Assembly (NCBI GenBank): GCA_001179505.1
Contig: CDMY01000337.1
Coordinates: forward strand, 1-64,000
From: Vitrella brassicaformis CCMP3155
Lineage: Eukaryota; Protista; Chromerida
Reading direction: 5' to 3'
DNA length: 64,000 nucleotides
The notes beneath the pieces were generated by a model, which did no database searches, was not told where the DNA came from, and saw only the letters and a list, made by a program, of their open reading frames with translations. This document shows, piece after piece, positions 50,175 through 62,679 of the stretch. Numbering within the stretch: the stretch's first letter is position 1; every line of letters begins with the position of its first letter. The translations under genes and the position numbers were made by a program.

Positions 50175-52674
50175 CTACACGGCCCACCGAGGTTGTGCGT
50201 AGGTCCCATGTGGACACAGCTCTCCTAACCGCACCTCACCAAAGACAGAAGGCTGCAGTGCGCGCAGTAGGAACAGCGCGATGAAGGGCATCATCTGTGA
50301 CGTGATCAGCACAGCCGCTGCCAGCAGTGTCGTCAGCCTGAATGTCAGGACTCCAGGCTCATCCTCGCTTCGCAATATAGGCAGGTTGTGCAAGCGAACT
50401 GCCACCTAGACACATAAGATACACACACATACACACACGAATGGGAGATACAGCCTGTGTGGACTGTCCCGTGTGTCTCCCTCCCTTCTCCCTCTCACTA
50501 GCCAGGACTCCCACCCACCATGAACAGAACGATTTCGCATGCCATCTCGATGGCGACCAGGAGACACAGCCCGCCCAGCCTCTCGAACAGCCGAGGCAGC
50601 GAGGGAGACAGCAGCTGCTCCATCAACATCAACGACAGATTGATGAAAATCAGAATCAGGCTCTCGGCCTGGTTGTAGGCATGGGTTTGGTCCGCCAACG
50701 CACGAAGGTATCGTGGCTTGACGTCATAGTCCATGAAATTGCTCTGCAGATCGACCACGGACGCCATGGATGATAGCCCGCTTGTTGTCGACCGCATGCG
50801 GCCTGCCCGCATCACACTCTGATAGATCTCACTCGACGATCGCAGCGGCTCCCCACTGCCGGCTCGGTTGATGAATAATGCTGCTCCCTTCGTGCTCGTT
50901 GCCCGTGTGCGGGTTGTCTCGCTGCCGCCTGAAGTCACGGAAAGGCCATGGAGGCCAGCCGTGTCTCCCCCTTTGGGCCAGCGGCCGTCGCGGATACGTG
51001 TGCACATCCGGATGATCTTGGCGTGGAGCATGTCAGCATAGGGCACTGCCAGGTCACCCAGGAGATCGTAGAGGGCGAACAGCAGAGACGACTTGATCTT
51101 GTAGCTGAGGGCAGTCATTTCAGCCTGCACAGAGGGAATGCTACTCAACATCCATGTGTTGAGAAGTCATCATCCTCACTTGCAGGAAGCGCGGTACGAT
51201 CAGCGAGCCAACAATGATGGGGAAGATAATCGCAAAGTTGAGGAGAGGAGGGCCGTCCCGCATCTTGCGACAAAGGCCATTCACGGTCGCCACCAAAAGA
51301 AAGCTGGCAAACAAAAATGCGACCGCCAGTTGTGTTCTCTCGCCGTCCGTTGTGGTTCTCTCGGCTTTTGGCAGAAAGAGCCTCCCCCACAAAAGCGTGT
51401 GAACCGATTGCGTGTACACAAGGAAGGTCATCTGAATGGTATACAGCCTTCGCCTCTTGACCACCCCTGGCATGTCTCGCGAGACATGCCAGAAGAACCG
51501 AGGGACCATCACGGCGTATACTGCCCTCTCGAATCTGTAGGGAACGCGTGAACATCGAGACATGGAGACAGAAGGCACGTGCCTCTCACACTCCATCTCT
51601 CACTTACGCAAGAGAAATCCAAAGGAATAGTTTAAGCTGAGGGTATCTAGCCAAGGTCTGCAAGGTAGTATAGGCCACTACGGCTACCACAAAAAGAACC
51701 AAAAACTGGCGGATGCGCCGGAGCATTCCACATGGGCGGCACCCCTCAACCAGCGCCACGAACAATATAATGAGTGCCAAGCAGCCGATGACAATTCTTG
51801 CATAATCAACCGCGATGGCCATGTTGGACTCGCAAGTCTTCCACACCAGGGGCACCGCCAAGACCAGCGGCAGCGCGAGAAAAAAGGCATACAGCACTTG
51901 TAGAACGACCACTCGCACCACTCGCCGCAATGACCGCATGAATGGCTCCGGCGTAAACCGAGTGCCAACCAGCACTTCCCGCAGCTGAATTGTCTCTCCG
52001 TCATCCTCTACGGTTTTCTGCTCATAGACCAGGTGCGATTCGAATTCCTCAAAGGCCGCCGGGTACCCTGCACATCGGTGCAGCCAAGCAGAGGACTCAC
52101 CAGGTTTGTACTGTCACCAGACTAGTGCTGTGTGCCCTTCGGCCCGTTCATTTGGCTCACCGGCAGCCTTCTGGAACTCCATCTTCATTGCCTGGATGGC
52201 CATCTCCTCGGCCCTTTGCGGCCCCGGCCTCCCCTCCTCAGAGATGTCCGGAAGGGTGAAGGTCGACTGTGACATTGCATGATGGCTGGGCCTTCTGAAA
52301 GCATCCTCGTTGACATGGACGCTCGCCGCCTCTCCTTGTCGGAGGTCAAGGTCCAGGAGGCAGTCGCTGCTCTGAATCTCCTGGCTGAGAGCACGGACCT
52401 TCTCGGCGATGAGCTCTTGGGGCCTCTTTTGGTCACCGAGCTCCCGTGGTTGTGTTCCGGATGTGTTCTCGCAGCTGGGGCCGACGGAGGTGTGCATGTC
52501 CTGCCGGAGAAAACACTGACACCGCCCCTCGCTTCTGCCGATTGGCTCCGACCGCCCTTCCAAGTCATCATTGCCGGGGCTGACCGTGTCACCCTCCATC
52601 GAGGGCCCACAAATCGGCGGAGTGGGGGGTCCTTGTCGAAGGCGGGGAAGGGTCCCAAAAGTAGTGGAATTCAT
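50175..52674 (-). CDS. Multi-pass membrane protein of unknown function with a disordered N-terminus; start uncertain
   Basis: At least 8 hydrophobic segments over 5 exons (e.g. VVVLQVLYAFFLALPLVLAVPLVW; LLNFAIIFPIIVGSLIV; LGGLCLLVAIEMACEIVLFMV), with a soluble loop PRYLRALADQTHAYNQAE. Splice KAA G|GYPAAFEEF is in frame. Confidence 0.75.
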
Positions 52675-53244
52675 CCCAAGATCATCCCATCCGAAAGCAT
52701 CGTCCCCGTGGATCTGTGGGCTACCTCTGTGGGCTGGGGGCAGGTTTCCGTCTCGGGCCGCCACTACAGAGCGCAGCAGTACGCCAGTCCACGGCACAGG
52801 CTTTCTGACGGACCGTGCGGAGAAGCGTAGACCACACTGCCTCGACACTTGTCTCAAGCCACGTCTCCACTCCGTAACGCCTCGGAGGCTCTGTCCGCCT
52901 CGATGTGGTGATGCGACGAGCGCCAGGAGGGCAAAGTGTGAGGGGCCCTAGCCTCCCGTGCTCCAGCACTCCGAGCCACGCAGCCAATGGCATGTGCTTC
53001 TTCGTCTCCCCTGACCATTCCGGGCCTTCCCCTCTCCGCCACCCTCCGCCCTTCTACCCGCCACCTGCGAACCCGCACCGGGCAGTCGTCCTTGCACAGG
53101 GCCCTGCCGGGATGGTGCGCGGCATTCCACCGCCGTACCCGCAGCCTTTCCCTCCTGGCCTGCCTCCACCATTTGTGGCCTGCCTGCCTGGATTTGGGCG
53201 CTCAGTGAGCCGTGACGTCTTCACAAGGGCCCACAAGTTGTCGC

Positions 53245-56200
53245 ATGGGTGAGGCAGGAAGAAGACTAGCATCGGGTGTGATGAAGCAATGGCAGGGTTG
53301 TAACTTCAGGGCTGCGCGTGAGGACCCTTCGTTGCCCAGCGTGCCTCGCGGCGGCAGCAAGGAGGACATATCAGCGTTCCACCCGGGGAAGGGCAAGAAG
53401 GAACGGAAGAACAAGGCAGTGGCAAAGAAGAAGACCACCAGGAAGAAAGGTCAGAGAGACCCAGTGTGCGAGACCACACGAAAAGAGATAATATCTATTC
53501 TTTGCCTGTCTCGTTTCGATTTCTGTCTATCTGGCAGTGCTCCCCGATGCAGAGCCACATGCTCGTCGCGCAGGAGCACAGCATCGAGAACCAACGCCTC
53601 AAACAAGGGACAGACGTCCTCCTCAGCCCAAGAGACCCGCCGAGACACCTGCAGTGGCTCCTGCAGCGCCCCGACCCCGGCACAAGTCCCCGCCGCCCGT
53701 CGTGAGCAAGGCGCCACCAATTGTCACTCCTCTGAGGGACGTCAGGCCTCCCCGACCGGTGACAGTTGAGCCGGCAGGGCCAAATGTACCTCTTCCGCCC
53801 AGGCCGAGCATCCCTCCACCTGCCGTATGCCCGGCTCCCATGTTTCTGCCAACAGACAGAGACGTTCGGCGGCCTGCTCGTGAAGCCAACCAAGTAGCGT
53901 CGTCGCTGATGGCCCACCTGTCGACCCGTGACACCTTCTCGGATGTGTTGTCTCCCCGTGACGCCATTGGAGTGCAGAACCACCCTATGCCCAAGCCACA
54001 GCTCTTCTTTCCCTCGCACACGTGTATTGGGGCACCGGCTGGCTATTCTGACTCTCCTGTGCGGCGGACGTGGGAGGACAGCCGAGGAGACGCGGGCAGA
54101 CTGGTGCTATCGTCACCACACGGAGAGCTGGAAGGCGGGCCTTCCAGGTTTGCGGCTGTTGCTGATCAGGAGCTGCTGGATTCCCCCACGGCCCCGTCGG
54201 ACATTTCCTTCAAGACATATGTGCTGCGGTTCCCTGACCCCAAGCCAGACTCAGACAAGAAGGATGATGCTGACACCAAAGAGGGCAAGATGCGTCAGTA
54301 TGCCCAGGCGGCCATGACACCACAGTCCTTTTCAGCGCTGTCGCTCACCACACCGCCGTGTCTCACGCCCGGCACGCTCCAACGGGAAGAGCGAGTCGCA
54401 CTGGGGGGGAGAGAAGGAGCTAGAGCGGGTGCGGGTGCCAAGGCGTCCATCAGTCGAGAAGACCCAGCACATTCCCAGGCCAAGCAGGCGGCGGCTCATC
54501 GGCAAAGCATGGACTCGCCACAGGGAGGCAAGAAGCCCGCAGTGATCCCTCCCACTGCTGCAGCGGGTAGAGACCGCACAGCGAGCCGCAGCCACAGCAG
54601 GGACGCCAGTAGGGGAAGGAGCCGTGAAGATCCCAGCGTCAAGGTTCGTGCCAAGTCACAGGAGCCGCCCCAGCAGAGACGGCACACACTCGATGCCAAC
54701 CAGGCCTGGCGAGCAATGCTGCGATCGGACGGGGCAAACGCCACTCCTGTCAAGACAGACACCATCAATCGTCGCAGCAGCACGTCGCCCGTTGGCCCTC
54801 GATCGGGCGCCAGGAGCCGTAGCAATTCGGCATCGAAACGACCTTCTCATGTGGCCCGCCCTGGTGTCTATACCGTCGTGCCACAGCTGAGGAGGAAGAA
54901 AGCTCCCAAGGGAGGAGGAAGGAGTGCAGCGAATCGCCGTGCGTCGGTCGATGAAGGCGAACAGCCGATCCCGCACGGCGCCGCCTATGAGAGCGACGCT
55001 GAGACATGTGGGCAGAAGAGTGAGGAGATCGCGCCGCCTCCTGGGGAAGAAGGATCCATCAACCCCCTGCAGGTCGGTAGCAGCAAGACAAGGAGACACA
55101 TCCACCTGCAAGTTATTGTCTGGCTCTCTTTCGTGTTGCAGCACTCACCGGGGCTTCGCAGCACGAGTCCCTCGCGCCCTTTGCCAGGCCCATCAGGCCC
55201 CTCAGCGCCGCCCCGGGACAGGCCTCCTCTCCCCCAGCCGTCCCCATACTCGCCTGACAGCAGTATCAGCAGCTACAGCAGGGCCAGGCCAACCGACGCA
55301 ATGACGGTGACACTCGCGGCATCGAAGCTGGATTCCCAGACAAATGCGCCACGGAGGGGCCGGGGACCAGTAGTGCCGCCCCTGCCACTGGAGACCCTCA
55401 ACAGCAAGGGTGGCGATCCCGAGGCAAAGCCGACTCTGCAGCCCATCAAGAAACAAGAGGCCTCACAACAGGCGAAGCGACCGCCGCCTGCCCACAATCG
55501 CCCCTATCTGCTCAAGATGACCACAGAAGAGCTGCGGGAGCGCGTACGGCTGGCCACTGAGCTCGGCGAGACCCTCGACTACAAGAGCAAACCTCTGGAA
55601 AGGCTGGCCAACAGCAGCCTCCGATCCAGCCCACAGCTCCCATCTTCTCCGGCCAACCACCCTTCGAAGCGACCCCCCGTCATGGGCGTTATGCGTCAGG
55701 AGAGCCCGGCTCCGCTCAAGAAGACGGCATTTCTGTGCGGCAGGGCGCCCGCCTCGTCCCTCAATCGGACAGAGCGGAGCCTGACGCCCACACCGAAGAA
55801 AAGGGACGGCCGCTCGTCGCGCCGAAGCATGCGCGAGGAGGCGGGCAGCGCCCGGCATCAGGAGGCTGGAGACAAAGGCGGTGTTCGAAGCAGCAGTGTC
55901 AAGGAGATGGCAGGAGAGCCGAAAGTCCTTGACCAGGGCACTCGGACAAGTCTTGTAAAGAAGCCGCCACCCCTGCCGCCATCGGCAAAGCGTGCTGCTG
56001 CGCAGCTTGCTACAGATGGTGCAAATCAGGGACCTTCTCGAGACACAGACCTACGACAAGATCGTGGGGGAAATGAAGGCGTCTCTGGGCCACCGTCAGT
56101 TGGGGGAGGTGAGCAGCCGACCGTTCCTGTGCCTATCTATTGCCTCAACAAGGCCGCCCCCCGGTCTTACGCAGACAGCCAGTGTGAGGAGAATCTACGC

Positions 56201-56863
56201 GCCCGGGACTCCCGCAATCCCTATGGGCTGCCTGCTTCTCCCACGGCCTTCTCGCTGACCAGCTCCCCACTGGCAGAGATGAGACAGATCCCGCAGGCGT
56301 CGCCGCTACTCATGGCACCCACAGACGACACGTCTGGCGACGGTCAAACGGAGGCCGGCCCTTCCGCAGAGTGTCTCCACCAGCAGCAGCAGCAGCACTA
56401 TGCCGCGGCAGCCGAGCAGATGACGGACGATGGCCCATTGCAGGGCTGCTATGCTGGCAGCAACGTGGACACAAGCTTTGCTAGCATCCCCTCGCCGTAT
56501 GATGGCTCTGCTATTTCCGCCCATGGGGGAGGGGCAGAAATGTTCCGCCCGTCAGGTCTGCTTGGCCAGCCTCTGGTGACCGTGCACGAGTCAGAAGAGG
56601 CAGAAGACGGAGCGCATGACATCCCCAGGGACAACACCGAGACGCCGGAGAGGAGTCTGCGTCAGGGGGAGCAACTTGAGGGCGAGCAGGCAGAGGAGAT
56701 GCTGCCCCTTTCAGTGAGCCCTGACTTGTCCAGCTGCAGCAGTGGCAGCCCGGCGTTGCAGAGAGACAGCGGTGTAGTGTCTGTCAATCGCCTGAGGTAC
56801 GAAAGACTGCGCAGCGCATTCTTGTCTCGACAGGCACAATGCTGCAGCACCGACGGGGAATGA
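53245..56863 (+). CDS. About 1150-aa S/P/R-rich low-complexity protein of unknown function
   Basis: Exon 53245-53449 splices in phase to the 3.3-kb open frame starting at 53537; a probable small in-frame intron lies near 55073-55142. No domain recognised. Confidence 0.7.
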
Positions 56864-58588
56864 ATGTTGAGACAGACAAGACGGGAAGGGAAGACGGATT
56901 CTCTGTGTGTGTGGGTGGGTGGGTGGATGTGCACCGAGACCCAGACACCGAGAATGCTTCCCATACTTACCGACACCTTCACAATGAGTCCTTCCTTCAT
57001 CTCAGCAAAAATGGGTGCTCGTGCCGCCCCACTTGAATCATGTACTGCAGTCCTTCCTTGTCCCTCCTTCCAATCGTCCCCCCCCATGGCAGCTGCTGTG
57101 GACTCATTCATGCAGTGTACTGGACACGGACAGCAAAAACTCCTCTCTTTGGCGAATGCACCCATCCATCTCCTCTCCATTCATTCCCCCCACACTGACA
57201 CCATCCATCCACACCCCAAGACACATCCATCACACGCACGCACATCGGTCCGTAGTCCATGCAATCCCCCACAACACCGGCCCTACTTGCGCAATAGCGC
57301 GTTGTAGATAGCAGACAGGGTCCTAGGAGAAGAGATGGCAGGCAGGCAGGCAGGCGCGACACGTCCCACTGCACGGGTCGCTATCGACGGTTCAGCGTGC
57401 GATGTCCCCGAGCTATCCGGTGACTGTTGCTGTCGGCTGCTCAGCCGTCGGAGGGCCCACTAACACCGCAGGCGTCACCGTCGATTGCAACTGATGCAGC
57501 CAGCGGACACACACAACCCACACATCAATCAAGAAGAAATCAGCATATTGCATGTATGCATGCAGGCACATATGTATGTATCCATGAATGCATGTTTGCG
57601 CTCCCCCAGTCAGTCAGTCAGTCAGTGGAGTTCCATAGAAACTTGTGGAGCAATCAGTCAGTCAGTCAGTCGATCGATCGATCGACCGGATCGCGGCAAA
57701 ACAAACGCATTATGCGCCATGCAGATGGCGTTGTTGCGTGTGTCTGTCTGTCTGTCTCCCTGTCTTATACATACATGGCGGCATCTAGAGGCCTGCCCTG
57801 GTGGCGCCAATAGTGCCTACATGTCAGTCAGTCAGCTAGTAAGTAGTATGATCCCCCATCCACCCCCCCACCGACTCACCCACAGATGCCATCCACCCCT
57901 CTCACACATGAACGAACGCACATACGCTCTGCTCTCCCCCCACACACACGTACGTCCATGCAAACATCAGATAGATAGGTACATATACTCACACGAGCCC
58001 CCATCTATATATAGTCTTCCTCTCTCCGTCTGCCTCAGCTCACGTTCGCTAACTCATCCTTCCTCCCCACCGAAGACACTCACACCGTGACACCACAACG
58101 CTGCAGACATCCGGGGCAGGGGATGGTGGGAACCCGATGCGCGCATAGGTGAGGCCGCCCGCCCGTGTCAAAAGAACGCGCATCTAGACACGCGCGTCGT
58201 ATGCACATGGATGTGTGTGTCCGGTCGATGGATGAGTCAGAGGTGAGGGGCTGGACCGGGTGTGTGACGCGCTTCACAATCCAATCAATACTGTCCGTCA
58301 CTTACATACATGTACAAGAATGTACCCTCTTATATAGACACCACACGCAATCTCTCGGCTCTATCGTGACCCGAAAAGCCCCCCCGCCCCCCCACCATAA
58401 CATGCATGTCCCTCTCTCTCACGCACTGCAAAGTCGTCTCTCTTCACTGCATACTTGCATCTATCTATCTATCTATCTCGATCGCCCCACCCACCCATCC
58501 ACATGCTCATCCGTGTACTTGTATACCAAACGAAAAAAGGTCGGTCACCAGAGCGGTCTGGTAGGTCTCGAGCGTCATGAGAAGTCAA

Positions 58589-60027
58589 TCATATACACAG
58601 CTCGCTGTGCACCTCGCCCATCTCGAAGATCTGGTGAGTCACCACACACACAGGCAGAGAGAGAGGAGGGGGTGATCTCCTTGTCTGTCTGCGGCTGGTT
58701 GTTGTTGTGTCCGTCCGTGGTGGGCGCAGCGCACCTTCTTGACAACCTGTCGGACTTTGTCTCTGTGGTCCTGGTTGTTCGGGTCCACATCCAGATGAGT
58801 CACGTCAGCCTACACACACACAGACAGACAGCACACATGCGTCTTGATGGAAGGCGTGTGCTACGCTGTCGTGTGTTGTGTTGTGCTGACCTGCACGCCT
58901 ATGAGGTAGATGCGCTGTCCGATCATGAGCGGGCTGATGTGCAGCAGGTTCCAGAACCGCCGCTTGTCCTTCCGCTGGTTGAGGATCTTCACCACCAAAT
59001 CGTCACACAAGTGCACTGTCGGCTCCTGCAGAAACATACACAGACAGTGTCGTGCAGATGAACGAGATGGATGGCGCGTGTGTCGTCTTGTCTGTCTGCC
59101 GCTCACGTTGACGATTCGGTTGATGTATTGCTTGATCTGCCCGATGACGTTCATGTCGGAGTCTTCGCACTGCAGGAAACGGCAGTTGACCCCGATCACC
59201 TCCCAGGGCGAGTACCCTGCCACACACACACAACACACCATCACACACACGCCATCACACACGCGGATGGACGGCTCTCGTTGCCCACGTTCGACTGAGT
59301 GTGTGCTGGCATACCGGTGAGGTCGCAGAAGCCCGAGCTGACTAGAATGATGGGGCAGTCCTGCTGGTTGGGGTCGCACAGGATGCTCGAGAATGTGAGC
59401 TTGTCGAAGTCCTTCTGCTCCAGCTGGCGGTCCTTCTGGGCCAGCGCCATGCTGTACTTCAGGCGCAAATCCTCAACTGAAAACACACACACACAGGAAG
59501 GACACACGCACCACAACAGGCACACATGAGTGGCGAACACACGCACACACACACACGTGTCTGGCGTGCTGTGGCTGTCGTGCGATCCCCACCTTGCGAT
59601 TCGAGCTCCTTGAGGCGCTTCCGCAGCCCCATGTTCTCCTCGCGCAGCTCCTCCAGGTTGACCTGCAAAGAACACACAAAAGCGGTAAGAACACTTGGCC
59701 TTGGCGCCAAGGCCAGCTGACCTTTTGACTCTCCTTGAGCGACGACGATGCACCACCTCCCTCGCCCTCGCCTGCCGTCGCCATCATCTGCCCCTCCCCA
59801 TCTCCTCGGCCGAGCCCGCCGCCAGTGTGCTCATCTAGGTCGGTGGACACGGATCCCATCCTGTCGCGGCTCGTGCGGTTCTTCTTGAGCTCACTCATGT
59901 CGTTGGTGAGGGGGATGGTGTGCTTCTTGGCACGCGCAGGACGCTCCGGCAGGACGCTCTGATCAGGCTGACCAGATATCATGTCAGCACGAGGATCACA
60001 AGCCTCACACTGTGCACCATCGGCCAT
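58589..60027 (-). CDS. Leucine-zipper + LOV (FMN-binding PAS) blue-light photoreceptor, 7 exons
   Basis: LOV core SILCDPNQQDCPIILVSSGFCDLT|GYSPWEVIGVNCRFLQ (59170-59187)…NQRKDKRRFWNLLHISP…YLIGVQ, with the adduct Cys and signalling Gln intact. Upstream heptads L-REENMG-L-RKRLKE-L-ESQVED-L. Confidence 0.9.
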
Positions 60028-60048
60028 CACTGATGCGCGACCCTCGTC

Positions 60049-60065
60049 TGCAAGCTAAGCTCGCA
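60049..60065. promoter_or_regulatory. Quasi-palindrome TGCAAGCT-A-AGCTCGCA containing TGCGAGCTT (minus, 60057-60065) in the spacer between the LOV and GAR-like genes
   Basis: Same inverted half-site layout as the RPL23 palindrome; 22-38 bp upstream of the LOV ATG. Confidence 0.5.
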
Positions 60066-60284
60066 AAGTTGGGAGGGCGAAGGAAACCGCCCCGTTCTAC
60101 CCATTCCTCGGCCGTAGTCTGAGCCATTCATTTCCTGTTTGCTGGAAATCCCTCATTGTCCCTTCGGGCCGTTCATCCCGTGAGAATCCATCCATCCCTT
60201 TGGTTCGAGTCCATTCCGCCCATCCCTCATCCTCCTGCTGAGGAGCGTAAACGAAGTGGGGCTTCCCCCGTACACAACAACACC

Positions 60285-61825
60285 ATGTCGTCCTGTTGCC
60301 GCCGCGAACCCAAGAAAGTCCCCGAGCCCCAACCAATGAGCCAAGGTGGGCACACACGAGAGGGAGAGAGAGGGAGGGAGGGAGGGAGCCCCTCTTTTCA
60401 TGCAGTGGGGGGACACTGCAGGAGTTTCTCCCGCTCTGTGTTTCTGGTTGTGGTCGGTCAGACGCGCGGACGAGAGCCTTTGGCGGCCCCATGGCTCCTC
60501 CCCCCATGCAGGCCTACCACTCGCTCCCTCCGCAGCAGTTTCCGGCGGGCAAGATGCCCCCTCCGCCCCAAATGATGCCTGGTCCTCCCTTCGGTGTGCC
60601 GCCGCCCGCTCTGAGCCAGAAGGTGCCCATCTATACCGCCCCTGGAGGGCCTCAGCCGCCCATGCCCATGCCGCCCACAACCAAGCTCCCGCCCACTGGT
60701 CCGTCGATGCCCAATCTGTTGGTGCCGCCCTACGCGCCGCCGCCCACCGCCATCCTGATGGCCGGCAAGCCCCCCATGCCTGGTGCGGGCGCGCCTCCTG
60801 CCATGATGCCGCCTCCACACGCTCAATCGACGCCAATGCTGCCCCGCCCGCAGTCTGGTATGGTGCCTCCTCCTTCGATGGGTCCGCCTCCCCACCATCC
60901 CGCCACTATGGGGGCGATGCAGCCACCACCCGGCCCTCCCGGGCCTCCCGGCCCCCCTGGGCCTCCTGGCAGCCGTCCGATGCTGATGCCGTTTGTGCCA
61001 GCGCATCCGTTGATGATGCCGCCCCACTTGCGCCGCCGTGGGCCGGGTTCTGACATCCAGGAGTTGATATGGCAGTACGCGACGACCAAGAACGAGCTCA
61101 ACAGCTGCATGGCGCTGCTGCACGCCATCAACAGCGAGATGGCGGCCCTCAAGCAGAGCCACTCGTCGCTCAAGGTCATGGTGGACCAGCACGAGGTGAT
61201 TCTGGGCGGGGGTGCGGGGGCGGGCAAGAGGGAGGCCGGGCTCAAGTTTGTCGTCAACGGTGATCCCGATGACCCCGTGGACGTGTACCTGAACAACTTC
61301 GTCAAGACCCACAAGGACCTCAACCTCACCGTGGTCAAGATGGACCCGCCCCTCTACACACTCAACGGACAGGAGGCATTCATCACCGAGAAGGACGGCA
61401 TCGTCGCAATCCGGGACGGAACAGAGTGGAAACCATTCATGGTCACCCCACAGCTCAGCACGACCCACCAGAGAGCCAGCCAGCCAGCCAGCCAGACACA
61501 AACACACCTCTGTCCGTGTGTGTTGGGGTTGGGGTCGTTCAGGAGTTCATAGCTGAGGCCACGTCAGGTGATACGTTGGAGGCCAAGCCGAAGAAGGCGG
61601 CGGTCAAGAAGGCTGCCGCCAAGGGCAAGGCCAAAGCCAAGGGCAAAGCCGCTGCCGCCAAACCCAAGGCCAAGGCCAAGCCAAAGGTGGGCCCGAATGG
61701 GATGGATGGGGTAGGGAGGGAGACATGAATCGCCTCTCATGTGGGTATTGTTTGTCTGTGTCTGTCTGTTTCAGGCCAAGGCTAAGGCCAAAGCAAAGGG
61801 GAAGGCCAAGGCCAAGGCGCGATAG
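60285..61825 (+). CDS. Pro/Met-rich, coiled-coil, GAS2/GAR-like domain protein with a Lys/Ala-rich tail; 4 exons
   Basis: MSSCCRREPKK…; poly-Pro linker; coiled coil TKNELNSCMALLHAINSEMAALKQSHSSLK; DPVDVYLNNFV…VVKM…LYTLNG…VAIRDGTEWKPFM|EFI resembles the GAR consensus; tail KAAAKGKAKAK…AKAKAR. Domain call is by eye. Confidence 0.7.
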
Positions 61826-62679
61826 CCAACTACAACACAACAGACACCAGACCACACCAAGAGGGCGGGACATGGTTGAATGGGTGAATTCAGTGAGCTG
61901 ATGCTGGTCATGATGATGCTGGGCTGACAGATCATCGTAAGCGTGCCTGCCTGCCTGCCCGAATGCCTGAATGCCCGAATGCCTGAATGCCCGGCTGCGT
62001 GAACGTGAATGAGAGTGCACTGGTGAGTGATCGAATTCAGTGGTGCCTGACTGATCGGCCGTCTCGTCCGTCTGACTGCCTGCCTGCCTGCCTGCCTGTG
62101 GGTCCGTTTGCCTGCCTGCCTGCCTGCCGTGATAATGAAGCTCAGAGTGCCGCCCGAAAAGGGGCGTGCTGTGTGTGGTAGGAGACATGGCTTTTGACCG
62201 CTATGAGCCACACACCGACGAACAGAGAACGGAAGCGCAGGGTTTGCGAAGTGCTCGGATCACACACACGTGGGCTGCGCGGTTTTGTTTGGGAGAGAGA
62301 GAGACATGCAGGTGGACAGACACACACCCACACACAAATACTAATTGAATGCATGGACGCACAGCTGGCTACGGTGGTCTCAGTGTCGCATTGATATGGC
62401 ACACACACACATACATCTACACATCTATCTGCAAAGGCAATCAATGAGTATGGAAAAAATGCATGCAATCACATCGGTAGCTTAAGGCACATCACATGCA
62501 GCCATGCACATACAGACGGTCACATCCGCCATCAACCTGCCATTTCGGAGGAATGGATTACGTCCTACATCGGGACTCACACTGTAGGCACCTAGCTGTT
62601 CCCTACTGGCTGTCGTAGCTAGCCGCGTTGATCCATCCATCCACTCACTGCCCCAGCCAGAGAGCTGTCAGTCAGTCAG

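Noticed and set aside
58589-60027. Calling the LOV gene an aureochrome
   Set aside because: The zipper is present but no bZIP basic region (N-x7-R/K-x9-L) precedes it.
61560-61825. Lys/Ala-rich tail read as histone H1 or DVNP
   Set aside because: It is spliced in frame to the Pro-rich/GAR-like ORF and has no H1 globular domain.
61961-61992. (GAATGCCY)4, and similarly (TTGCG)n near 13590 and (CCGA)n near 40030-40077, as regulatory or CRISPR-like arrays
   Set aside because: Simple tandem repeats without spacers, typical of UTRs and introns throughout this window.
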